From contig OZ361257.1 of the NCBI GenBank assembly GCA_977018835.1, forward strand, positions 3,782,001-3,846,000: 64,000 nt of DNA, read 5' to 3'. Below, piece after piece: positions 1-10,600 of this stretch. This stretch comes from Minutocellus sp. GHC0000111 (taxonomy: Eukaryota). Numbering within the stretch: position 1 is the stretch's first letter; each line of letters starts with the position of its first letter. Position numbers and translations under genes: made by a program. The notes beneath the pieces were generated by a model that was not told the DNA's origin, searched no databases, and saw only the letters and a program-made list of their open reading frames with translations.

Positions 1-366
1 GACGACGACTGTATCTCACTCGAGATCCAATTCGATGGCTTTCCAAATGATATCACCTACTCCGTTCAGTGTGGCAACAACACCACTAAAATCCGTGATC
101 ATGCCGGTAACTACAACAATGGCAACTACAAGAACAAGAAGATCACCGAGATCATCAAGATCCCCGAAAGCAACACGGAGGATTGCAATGTTACTGTCCA
201 CGACAAGCACGGGGATGGCCTTTGCTGCGCCCATGGTACTGGATATGCCAACGTTTACCTTGGCTCCGCCGTCAATGGTACCCTTGCCGGGGGAACGACG
301 AACTCAAATTCCTCGTTTGCGGACTTTGTGGTCCACGTGGGTAGATCTGCATCCAACGCACAATAG
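1..366 (+). CDS. 3' end of a gene entering from the left edge; C-terminal domain with D-x-x-GDGLCC motif
   Basis: Frame 1 is open from base 1 to TAG at 364-366: DDDCISLEIQFDGFPNDITYSV...VTVHDKHGDGLCCAHGTGYANVY. I recall this motif from secreted or protease-associated diatom proteins. It is absent from the ORF track because no start codon is in the window. Confidence 0.7.
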   Translation, partial: DDDCISLEIQFDGFPNDITYSVQCGNNTTKIRDHAGNYNNGNYKNKKITEIIKIPESNTEDCNVTVHDKHGDGLCCAHGTGYANVYLGSAVNGTLAGGTTNSNSSFADFVVHVGRSASNAQ

Positions 367-422
367 TATACAAGATAAATCTTTCAATTAATTAGAGAAT
401 TAATTATATTGGCATGTAATTT

Positions 423-3400
423 CTACTCAAATGCACCTTCTTCTGGGAGGGGGGGCAGGTCCCTATTGAGAGCTTCGTCTTCTGGGCTCTGGAATTCTAC
501 GGATCCTAGCCCGGCATCGTCTTCAACCTGGACCAGCATGCTCTCTCCAGTAGACTTTTTGATGATCTTTACAACGACCTGATCACCGTCGAATTCATCG
601 GCCTCATCTTTGGAGGCCACATCAACGACAACTTCCTCTCCTTCCGATACAAAGTCCTGCATGATGGCCTCGGAGAGAGTATTTTCGAGGAAGCGTTGAG
701 CGGCTCTACGAATGGGACGGGCACCATATTGGTTGGCATCCATGCATCCCTCCTCTGTGACCTTCTCGACGAGATCTTCCGTGACGGCGAGGTCCATCTC
801 TTGCTCTTCCCTCGCCCTAACAACCGTTTCGTCGAGGATATTGCTGGCAATGGCACGCAAATTCTTGTATGATAGTGGCGAAAAGACAACAATTTCATCG
901 ATCCGATTCAGCAACTCGGGCTTCATGGACTTTTCGAGCTCTTCCTTGACGGTATTGGCCATCTCCAGAACACCAGCCTGGACCTTGGACATGTCGAGAA
1001 TCTTCTGACTACCAATATTGGACGTCATGATGAGGATGCAATTCTTGAAGGATACCGTCCGTCCCTTACCATCAGTCAATTGACCTTCGTCCATAACCTG
1101 CAAAAGGATGTTGAGTACGTCTTCGTGCGCCTTTTCTATCTCATCAAGCAAAATAACGGAATGCGGTGCTCTTCTCACCGCATTGGTGAGCTGACCACCC
1201 TCATCGTAACCAACGTATCCTGGAGGACTTCCCACCAGGCGAGATGTTGAGAAGCGCTCCTGATATTCGCTCATATCGATGCGAATCATGTCCTAGAGTT
1301 TTGTGCATGAGCGAGAGAGAGAGAGCGGTGGTTTTCATTAGACCAATAAAAACATGACAAGCGACATGTTGCATAACACAAAACACAAAAATAAGCCCCA
1401 AAACGAACGCAAGCGAGCTCACCTTCTCCCGACCATAGTACGTTTCAGCAAGAGACTTGCACAATTCAGTTTTGCCGACGCCCTGATGTACGGTACAAGT
1501 GATGAGAATAAAGAAAGATGTGTGAGAGAGAAGAAATTCATTCTGATCCAATTTTCATCGGAACTAAATAAATGGCAGCTTACCGTAGGTCCGCAGAACA
1601 TGAAGGAGGCAATGGGTCGGCGGCCATCACGGAGGCCAGATCGTGCACGTCGAATAGACTTGGCAACAGCTCTTACTGCCCGTTCTTGGCCCTTGATGCG
1701 TCTACCCATGTCCTCCTCAAGATTGCGCAATCTCTCCTTTTCACCGGTATCGAGCCGCCCAATGGGAATGCCGGAAATTTCAGAAATTACCTCTGCTACC
1801 GTATCCTCTGTAACAATTATGTCGTCCTCCTCTTCGTCAAAGATGTCCATCTTTACCATAGATCCTGCCTCATCGAGAAGATCGATGGCCTTATCAGGCA
1901 AAAAGCGATCATTGAGGTAGCGATCACTCAGCTTGGCAGCTGCTTCCATTGCCTTGGGTGTGTATTCAACTCCATGATATTCCTCGTACCTTGGTCTGAC
2001 GGCCTCCAGAATATCAAGAGTTTCGTCGACGGTCGGTTCCTTTACATTGAGAGGCTGGAATCGTCGCTCGAGAGCACCATCACGTTCAATGTAGGTACGA
2101 TACTCGGGCGTCGTCGTGGCTCCAATAACCTGAAGTTCACCTCTGGCCAGCGCAGGCTTCAGTAGATTGGCGGCATTCAGTCCACCATCGCCGCCACCAG
2201 TACCGAGAAGTGTGTGAATTTCATCAATGAAGAGGATTGTCTTGCTATTGCCGGCCTCTCGGATGAGATTTTGAACCCGCTTCTCGAAGTCGCCACGATT
2301 GGCTGTGCCTGCAACGAGACTTGCAAGCTCAACCGAAATGAATCGATATCCCTCGAGTGATTTAGGACAGATTGGGAGATTCAAATCAATCAAAGGATTA
2401 GTATCCTCCTCGTCGTCGGTGCCTTCACCATTAAGGTTGCCATTCCTTGTCCTTATTGCCGCCAAAAGGATTGCGGAGCCACTTGCGTGCCTTCTTGTCG
2501 GCCTTGCTTTGGCCAGCAGTGGGATAAGATGATGCAATTACTTGAGCAATAGCCTCGGCAATCGCAGTTTTACCAACTACATGTAAGATGAAAAGGTTGG
2601 AGTGAGTGCAATGAATATAGAAACAAATATAGCAGGCAAAATTTAGCAAAACTTTCAGTGTACCTAGCTAGGCAACACATTCAATTTCAGTAGCGATTTT
2701 CTCACCTCCAGGATCCTGTTGAAAGTTGATGTGTATTTTGTGAGAGAGACAACAATTATTGTAAGCAAGGGCTGGAAATAAAAATATTGAATACAGCAGG
2801 TGGATCCAAAATTGCAACTGCCATCCATTTGACACCACTTACGCCAATAAGACACGGATTGTTCTTACGCCGACGCCCGAGAGTTCGAAGACACATGCGC
2901 ACTTCATCGTCTCTGCCATATACAGCATCCAGCTTGCCCTCCAGGGCCATCAGGGTCAGATCGATTCCCACATCGTCCAGGGTAGGAGTATCACCAGAGC
3001 TTCCGCCAATCACAACGACCTCCTTTTGTGTTACGACCTCAGCACTGTCCTGACCATTGGCATCTACCCCAACCTCTTCTTGGACTGGTCCTTGCTCAAG
3101 CAGGTCATCCAAGAGAGAATCACAGAAGGCAAATGCATCAAAGGCATCGGCATCGACTCCATCAGCATTCAGGATGACTGATAGAGCCTTGCAGGAAGAG
3201 TCGGCCCCTCCCACTCCCTTGGTTGCGGCACTTCCGGCATCGACATTGTATTCCAGAAGAGCGAGGAGCAAATGTTCCGACCGGACCGTCTTGCTGGCAA
3301 ATCGGTCAGCGATGGTCCCAGCTCGGCTCAGTGTGGCCTTGGCCTCCTCCGAAAAGGGGAGAGCATCGGCACCATCCATATCAGTAGACACTGCAGTTGC

Positions 3401-3889
3401 CACACCCTCGTCATCGGCGGTCTTCGGCCAAGTGCCAGTGGCAACTTTGGTGGCCGATACCTTTACCTTGTTGGGGAGGATGTTGAATTTACTCAGCGTC
3501 CGATCGGCTCGCTCGGGACGGCTCACAACGCCGAGGGTAATCATGGCATTGCCCAAGGATTCCAGGCCCGCTGCCTTGGACTCGGATTGGGCCACCATGA
3601 TGGCGCCGACGCATTCCTTACTCAAACGATCAATGACCATCGACATTCCTTCCGCGGCCGCCGTAAACGAAGGACTCGAGGACCGTCCGCTGCCCAGGGA
3701 TAGGGCTGAAATCTGCCGCCGCTGCTCCATCGTCCCAACGGAGCGTCGGCCATCATTCTGCACACCGATCCGCGATTTGCTGTGGCCCCATGATCCTGTC
3801 GAGAAGGCGGAAGTGCCAACAATGATGCAGGAAAGCACCAACACAACGAGCGTTGCGGTTGCGGGGGGGGGACGAGAATGAGGAGTCAT
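423..3889 (-). CDS. clpC: Plastid-targeted Clp/Hsp100 AAA+ chaperone (ClpC/ClpB family), 5 exons, one apparent frameshift
   Basis: Signal peptide ending GTSAF, Clp_N-like region, NBD1 (RRRKNNPCLIG-DPG-VGKT, ILFIDEIH, DGALERRF, RFLPDKAIDLLDEA), NBD2 (FCGPT-GVGKT, RIDMSEY, VILLDEIEKAH, GARPIRR). Exons 3889-2843, 2715-2706, 2576-1584, 1482-1423, 1292-423 with GT-AG boundaries. Frame changes at about 2445. Confidence 0.9.
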
Positions 3890-4366
3890 CTTGCTTGAGG
3901 ATGTGCAGGGCGCCGACGTATGGCCGATACTAGGCATTGCCTCGAATGATCGCCGCTGCCAACTTTTGCCTGTATAGGGCAAAATTGAGGCTCGATACCG
4001 CTACCGCCCAAATCCAATACCTAGGTAAATGATGACGGCAGCGGCCAACGGCTACGGCTGGGTGGAACTGCGACGAACATTCTCAGGCCACGATGACGTG
4101 AACTGTACCCTGATCCCGATTTTTTGCGACACTTTTTGGCCCGTACGCAGCACATTTGCACCTCCGTTCAATTGATTCTAGTCCCGTTCAACGCCATTTC
4201 ACAACCACTCTCCACGGCCCTCCCCGCGAGGGCGTGGTCCCGTTCAACGCCCTCGAAAACCTTTCTGTGCGGCAACCAATCAATTGCCCAACACCAGAAA
4301 GGTCATTGCCGAAAGAGGCCTCGAGTGGGGAGTGCCTCGCGAGAGAGGTGCAAGGACGGCCTCTCG

Positions 4367-5647
4367 ATGGCGGACGCAAACAACGGCGACACGCAAGGAG
4401 CCGCGAGTAGTAGCAGTAGCCGCAATGCAGATGCTTTGGATGGCGCGAGCACTACTACTACCACTAGTGGACCCGCGCCGAAGCGCGGACGGAGGGGAGG
4501 ACGTGCCCCCTCCAACCCGGCTGCGGCGCACGGCAGTGCTCAGTATCGCATATTCCGTGTAATGGAGGAGGGCAGGTGGGTTCCAGCAGCGAATGCTGCG
4601 GTCAAGGGATCACGTGTCGATTCTTTGGTGCATCGATACGGTCGCGAGGTGGGGTTCAAAAAAGTGAATCCATACGACGACGAGAAACAGATCGAAGCGG
4701 CGCGGAAGAAACTGGAGGAACTACAGAAGAAGAGCAATGCGGCCGAAGCGGCGGCGGCTGCCGCCGCCGGCGTTGGAAACGTACAGCTTTCCGAGAACGA
4801 GGATGAAGAAGAGAAGGAGGAGGAGGGAAAAGAGGACGACGACACCACCGACGATGAGCGGCTCCAAAACATTTCTGATGATGTTGCAAGAGCTCTATCG
4901 TTTTTACCGGAGATAGTTATGCCCAAGGCATGGAAGGCTCTATGGAGCTTAAAAATAAGCGACAAGAATAAGCGACGACTATGGGCCCGGTTCCTAGTTC
5001 AGTTTGCACTTGTTGCAAGATCGTCCGATGTTGCTGGTGAGTATTTCCCTCTCATGGAGAATGTGTCCTTCCCGCCTGACGCCAAGCACTACCTTGAAGA
5101 TGGCAATCCAATGTACATTGATGTCGTCTTTACCAAGTGGAAGGGCCGCCCATTGAGTCAAGGATCAACACCTTACACAATCCGGCTTTGGCACAATCCT
5201 CAGGACCTTCGATTCTGCCCGGTGCACTGGTTGACGAGGCATTGGGCAGATCTTGGTCGCACGACAGGCCCAATGTTTGATAACATCTCGGCGAGGACGT
5301 ACCAGCGCCATCTCAAGAAGCTTTTCTCCTCAATCCAGTACAAATTGGCCGACGGCAGCTTTGACGTGGTGGACTGTTCATCTCGTTCCATTCATCGGGC
5401 GGCTGCTCAGTGGGCTGCTCGTTGTGGGGCATCCCTTGCAGATGTACGAAATGTAGGACGATGGGTTGCTCTGAAGCACCTCCTCACGTACATTGCCGAG
5501 GGTGTTGAGATGCGGTCAAATGCCTTGAGGGCGAACAACGATGTTGACCCGGTGCTCTCTGTTTGGGAATTTAATGTAGAGACAGTAGTAAGCTCTATTG
5601 CTTCTACTAATGAGGTGCTTATTGCCCTCGGTAATAGTAGGAGATAA
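4367..5647 (+). CDS. Tyrosine recombinase (DIRS/Crypton-type catalytic domain)
   Basis: ARSSDV (catalytic R, 5018), FTKWKG (K), FCPVHWL, SSRSIHRAAAQWAARCG (HxxR box read as RxxH), VGRW, LLTYI (Y, 5489). Low-complexity acidic N-terminus. Confidence 0.85.
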   Translation: MADANNGDTQGAASSSSSRNADALDGASTTTTTSGPAPKRGRRGGRAPSNPAAAHGSAQYRIFRVMEEGRWVPAANAAVKGSRVDSLVHRYGREVGFKKVNPYDDEKQIEAARKKLEELQKKSNAAEAAAAAAAGVGNVQLSENEDEEEKEEEGKEDDDTTDDERLQNISDDVARALSFLPEIVMPKAWKALWSLKISDKNKRRLWARFLVQFALVARSSDVAGEYFPLMENVSFPPDAKHYLEDGNPMYIDVVFTKWKGRPLSQGSTPYTIRLWHNPQDLRFCPVHWLTRHWADLGRTTGPMFDNISARTYQRHLKKLFSSIQYKLADGSFDVVDCSSRSIHRAAAQWAARCGASLADVRNVGRWVALKHLLTYIAEGVEMRSNALRANNDVDPVLSVWEFNVETVVSSIASTNEVLIALGNSRR

Positions 5648-5748
5648 TTTTTATGCTACAAAAACATGCATTTATGCCTACATGTGTCTGTGCATGCAAC
5701 TCTCTAGATCTATAATAAAAAGTACATGTAAGACCACAATTACACATG

Positions 5749-6612
5749 TTATGCTACCCAAGGCTTGCTTAGAAAAGTATCATTTGCTACATCCCTCCAT
5801 TCTTTATTATCTAGCAGGTTTGCATCAGTCTTTTGGTACTGGCTGGCTTCTTCCGTCAACTCTGATACGTTTGCTTTACAAGACGATGGATCCACACACT
5901 TCCTGATTGCTCTGATTGCGTAATATGCCTTGAAATATTGAGTGAGTTTGGAATCAATTATTCTGTGGCGTTCGCTATTCCTCGATTCTTTATCCCACAG
6001 CCGCAAAGGGGAATATATCCTGACGCCCGCTGCATTATTTGGGTCAACATACTTCTCCTCAACTGCTCGGACTATAGATACTGCTGTGACCTCATCCTCA
6101 CTCGGCTTCCAAAGACCAATCGTATTTTTCGCTTGGGGGGCGCCGGCATTTAATGGAATCTTGAGTTCGGTCGGAGGCAGTGCGTGAAGTAGTTCGTCTA
6201 CAGTCTGGGGGCCTGCGCCTGTTGCGGTGGGCATCGGCAGAGTTGTTGCGTCGGTATGGTGCGTCACATACACAACCTCGAAGCCGCGACGTATCATCTC
6301 CGCCTTCATATCTTCAGTAACAACAGAGTGAATTGCGCCGCTCCCGATATCCCGAAGAAACACAACGTCTTTGAACGTAGCGACGTTTTGGACAATTACC
6401 TGCGTCGTTCCGGCACTTTCGTTGTTTGACGCGGAAAGGGCGTGTTTCTTGAGGTTGTACTTTTCGGCATGAGCTTTCGCATCGCGTTCAAACTCGGCTT
6501 CGCCGACTTTGTTCCCATGCCAGCTTCTCGAAACGTTCAAGCGCGATATGCACTCGGTTATCGTGGCAATGGGCTCCGTCGTATTGCGAGAGGGACGCTC
6601 GGGTTGGCTCAT
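5749..6612 (-). CDS. Hypothetical accessory protein of the YR element; possible GCR1_C-like DNA-binding C-terminus
   Basis: Open intronless ORF of about 287 aa converging on the YR gene. The segment AVEEKYVDP...YSPLRLWDKESR...SKLTQYFKAYYAI loosely resembles GCR1_C-like domains by eye only. Confidence 0.5.
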   Translation of the reverse strand: MSQPERPSRNTTEPIATITECISRLNVSRSWHGNKVGEAEFERDAKAHAEKYNLKKHALSASNNESAGTTQVIVQNVATFKDVVFLRDIGSGAIHSVVTEDMKAEMIRRGFEVVYVTHHTDATTLPMPTATGAGPQTVDELLHALPPTELKIPLNAGAPQAKNTIGLWKPSEDEVTAVSIVRAVEEKYVDPNNAAGVRIYSPLRLWDKESRNSERHRIIDSKLTQYFKAYYAIRAIRKCVDPSSCKANVSELTEEASQYQKTDANLLDNKEWRDVANDTFLSKPWVA

Positions 6613-6902
6613 GGTTGGGTTATGGGCACGAAAGCGTTGTGGCACGAAAGCGTGACGTGAGGAGCTTCTGTACGAGGTTCTACGAGCAACTCAGAAACGG
6701 CTACGAAAGCTCCCAGCAAATTATATATCAAAAAATTCGGCGTGACGAGAAACGTCTGAAACTGGCCTCAAAAGGGCTATTCAACTTCGTTCAACGTTGA
6801 ATCAATCAAGGTAGTCCCGTTTTTCGACACAGTACATCACGAACGTGGGCCAAGATGGCCAAGGTCGAAAGGTGAGACCATGAGACCGCCGAACGAACAT
6901 GA

Positions 6903-6993
6903 GGAGTCGAGTCGAGTCGCACTTGGGAGCTTGGGAGTCGTGCCGAGTCGAGGAGTCGAGTCGAGTCGAGCATGGAGTCGAGTCCTCGAGTCA
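6903..6993 (+). repeat. Imperfect (GAGTC)n pentanucleotide tract
   Basis: gagtcgagtcgagtc repeated; the reverse-complement tract (GACTC)n occurs at about 27170-27200. Confidence 0.7.
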
Positions 6994-7694
6994 CCGGAAG
7001 GCCTGTCAAGAGCGGCCTGTCGTCAAGAGCGTATTAGAGTATGATGTGCGGTAGAAATCCCATGGGGATGGGCTTGGGCGCTGATCGCTAAAGTCGCGGA
7101 TGGGCCGGCGCCTGCCCAGCTACTGCCTGCCCGTGCTCCGCGTGCCCGCCCATGCATCGTTGCTTGCACCTATCGATCGATCACATCAGCGATTGGCGGT
7201 GCTTGTACCAATGGTACCTAGGTACATGTACTAGTCTAGCAATAGTGGCGAGGAATAGTCTGGGGTCTTGGTTCTCCTCTTGCTGTTCTCCTCTCGCTCT
7301 GACGGAGTGCCTCTCTCGCCTCGTGCGTGCGTGCCGATGAGCGCCACGTGCTACGTTGCTACGTTCATGGCATGTGATTTCATTGCGAGCCATCGATACC
7401 GATACATTGGAACATAATATTTGGTGGGTCCCTGAAATTTATTTGGCGATGTTTTGCACCTGGTGTATTCGTCAGATCAGTGCAATAGCAGTACTCGAAT
7501 CATCCAGGTATCCAGGTTTTCGACCTCGCGTAAATTTACGCGTCAGTGATTTTCAAAATAATGCTGGGCTTTTTTTTCCAAGACTCGCGACATTGAACAT
7601 GGCCAACGTCAACTCTAGGTCTACAGCGCATCATTCACAGGCGTACAGTAGCTAGAGGCAAGAACACGACAGTACAGCTCTGCAGCGAGGGACG

Positions 7695-10600
7695 ATGGTG
7701 GAAGGTCCGTCGACACCAACGTGGGGGGCAGACGAGCGCACCGTCTTTGTGGCGAGGAAGGTTTTGGCGACCTATCCAAATTTGCAGGGGGGGACCAAGT
7801 TCGACAAGGCGTTCGGGTCAATCCTCGACAAGTTGGAGCAGTTCTACTCGGATCCGAACGTGCGATGCATCGTCATTCCGGAAACGTTAAAGGTTGCCGA
7901 GGCCGTCCCTGCGAAGCTTCCGAGGGGGAAAGGTTTGGCACTCATCAAGCTGGTGGACCGATTGGAGGTCGTCGAGGGTAGCGACCGTGGTAGTGGCAGC
8001 AATCAGGATATTGGTGCCGCCGACACTACGACTAATGCTGCAAGCATGATGATGGCGTCGTCTGTCTTGTCGATCGAGCTCGGAGGGAGCAACCCCTTCG
8101 AGCATTTGGAACTGCTCTCGTCGGCCGTCATCCTTCCCATGCTGTCCAATCCGGTGAATCAGCACAAATGGGGAGAGATGACGTCCCAGGAGGTAAGCAA
8201 CTCCTTCCATTCCCTTCTCGCATCAACCTCTATTCTCTGCGGTCACATCAAGGGGGAGACTCGGCTGCCTGTCCCACCCAATGAGTCGACAGTCTCATCA
8301 CAGGGCGACATGAGTACGAGTGTGAGTTTGAATGACGCACAAGGACCTTTCTCGATCTCGCCGTTACCACCGGCGGTACCACCTCTGAGTCCATCGCCAC
8401 TGTCCGTCAATCATAGCCATGCTGGAGCAGTATGTAACGGAGTGAAGCGGCAGCAGGTGTTGGAGTCGGCCATGATGACGTGGACCAACCAAATCAAGAA
8501 CATTCTGAAACAGGATCCGGCTGCGCAGCTATCTCTCGGTGGAGCCCACCCAACACCGACGGCCGAGTTGGAGTTCTGGCAGGCCAAGGCCAAAAGTTTG
8601 GACGACATCTTCGAGCAGCTGCAAACCTCGCGAGTGCGATCCGTCCTACGGACGCTGGACCGGTCCGGATCGACGTACTGCCCGCCGTTCGCTCGGCTGT
8701 GCAAGGAAGTATTTGCCGCAAGGGAGGAGGCCGCGGACAATGCAAGGTATCTGCGGACGCTCCAGCCATGGGTCATGCGCCTGGAATCGGGCGGCATCAG
8801 CTTTCCCAAGCTGGCCAAGTACTTCAATCCGCTCCTTCAGGTGGTGGTCCTCATATGGAAGAATTGCAAGTACTACAACACCCCACCGAGGCTTGTGGCC
8901 CTTATGAGGCAGATTTGCAACCTCCTCATCAGCAGAGCCTGCCAGTACGTGTCGGGAGAGGAGATGTTCCGTCTCATTGACGACGATGAAGCCAACGTCG
9001 TTGTGGAGCAACTTCGTTCCATCCTCCTTGTCGGCGGTGCCTTCAAGAGGACATATCTGGACACCAGGGCCCAGGTGGCGAAGGAGTGTCCTCAGAATCC
9101 ATGGAGGGTTCATAACAATGCCATCTTTGTGCGTCTCGACCGTTTCCTGGAAAGGTGCTACGACATGCTGGACTTTACAGAGGCTGTTCTGCATTTCTCC
9201 AAGCTCTCCAAGACGGATGTTGGCAATACCAATGGGGAAAGGCTGACGTCACTGTTGCACGATATCAGCCAGGACTTTGATGAAGCAGTATCAAGAGTCA
9301 AGGCTGTGGAGTACGACGTCATGAATATCGACGCCACATCGTTCGAGGCCGATTTCACTTTGTTCTGCCGATCGGCGAAGGACATCGAGTGGAGACTCAG
9401 CACTATCATTGGCCGAGCCCTTGACGATTCGGCTTCCATTTACTCTCGCTTCCAGCTCCTCAGTCTGTTCAGCGCCCCTCTCCTATCGCGCCCAACGATT
9501 CGAAATGAGCTTGAAGGCAAACGCATTGAGCTAATCCAGGCGTATGGCAAGGATCTTCGGGTTGTCCAGGAGATTTATCTGAGCCAAAAGGATCTATTTA
9601 TAGCCAAGTCATCGTTTTGATGGCGGTCAATTTTATACTGGTGGCGATGGTGACGGCGTTTGCGGTGGCGATGGCGATGCAAATCTTAGCGGACTACCCC
9701 CAGTCTCCAGGGCATTGTCGTGGTGCAGGGGTCTGGTTGATAGGGCTGGGTTGCCCATGACCAAGCTTCGCCAGTTTGATGCAGCCCTATTGGATCGAGA
9801 GGAAGCCAAGGAGGTGTTCAAAGCCCACGAGGTACTAATGGCATCACTGGCCGAGTTCGAGGCGGTGAAGATTGAGCAGTGGAGGCTAGAGGTGGAGTCG
9901 GCGTCGGGCAAAAAGCTTACCCTACCTCTGCTGCGCCGAGATGAAATGAATCGGAGGCTATTCACCAACTTCGACCCAGCTCTGGTTCGGCTACTGAGAG
10001 AGGCCAAGTACTTTTTGCTACTGGACTTATCGGTGCCGCAAGAGGCGCTGGACATGTTTCGGTCCACTGAGCTGATCCGCAAGCGTACAGGCAATCTTGA
10101 TCTGATTGTCAACACGCACAATGCCATCCTAGATCGGCTGCTTCCCGTGGAGAAGCCTCTGGTCGTCCCATACTTGGTAGAATTTGATCGTGTAGTGGAA
10201 CGGGGTATTACATCCCTCACATGGAAGTCGGGTGGTGTTGGTGGCGCTGAATCTCCTTCCAGCAGGAGTGCGGCTGACCCCATAGACGCTTTCATCTCAG
10301 ACGCAATGGATAAGATTCAGAATGTTGAGAGTATTGTCAGTACAATGAAGACCAACTTTGCGGTCATCGAAGACATCGTCGCGAAGTGGAATGTGCCTCT
10401 TATAGAGCGCAAGTCCAAGCCCATGGAGAAAGAGGACTCTGAAGCCGAGTGTAGAAATTACCAGTCATCCCAACTGGTGGCAATGAAGGACTCTGGCAAG
10501 AACATCCACTCCCTTGTGAAAGAAACTCATAATAGCCTTGGAGTGTCCAACTCTTCGGCCGATTGGCGGTGCTACCTCCAGTACGTCAACACTGTAGTTT

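Larger units (their letters stand above)
4080..6900. mobile_element. Putative Crypton-like tyrosine-recombinase DNA element with two convergent ORFs (ends approximate)
   Basis: Intronless YR ORF plus a convergent ORF, between the divergent clpC and dynein 5' ends; no RT. Shared end motifs: TAGTCCCGTT at 4179 and 6812, ACGAACAT at 4073 and 6893, and an imperfect inverted match 4086-4108 vs 6832-6851. Confidence 0.6.

Noticed and set aside
35..391. ORF-track 118-aa ORF and the many antisense or overlapping ORFs across dynein, ClpC and myotubularin
   Set aside because: Shadow frames of GC-rich real genes; frame 1 (1-366) is the protein-like frame here.
4124..5647. Prophage integrase, bacterial contamination or DIRS retrotransposon
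   Set aside because: Flanked by eukaryotic genes (intron-containing clpC, axonemal dynein); no phage genes; no RT or RNase H nearby.
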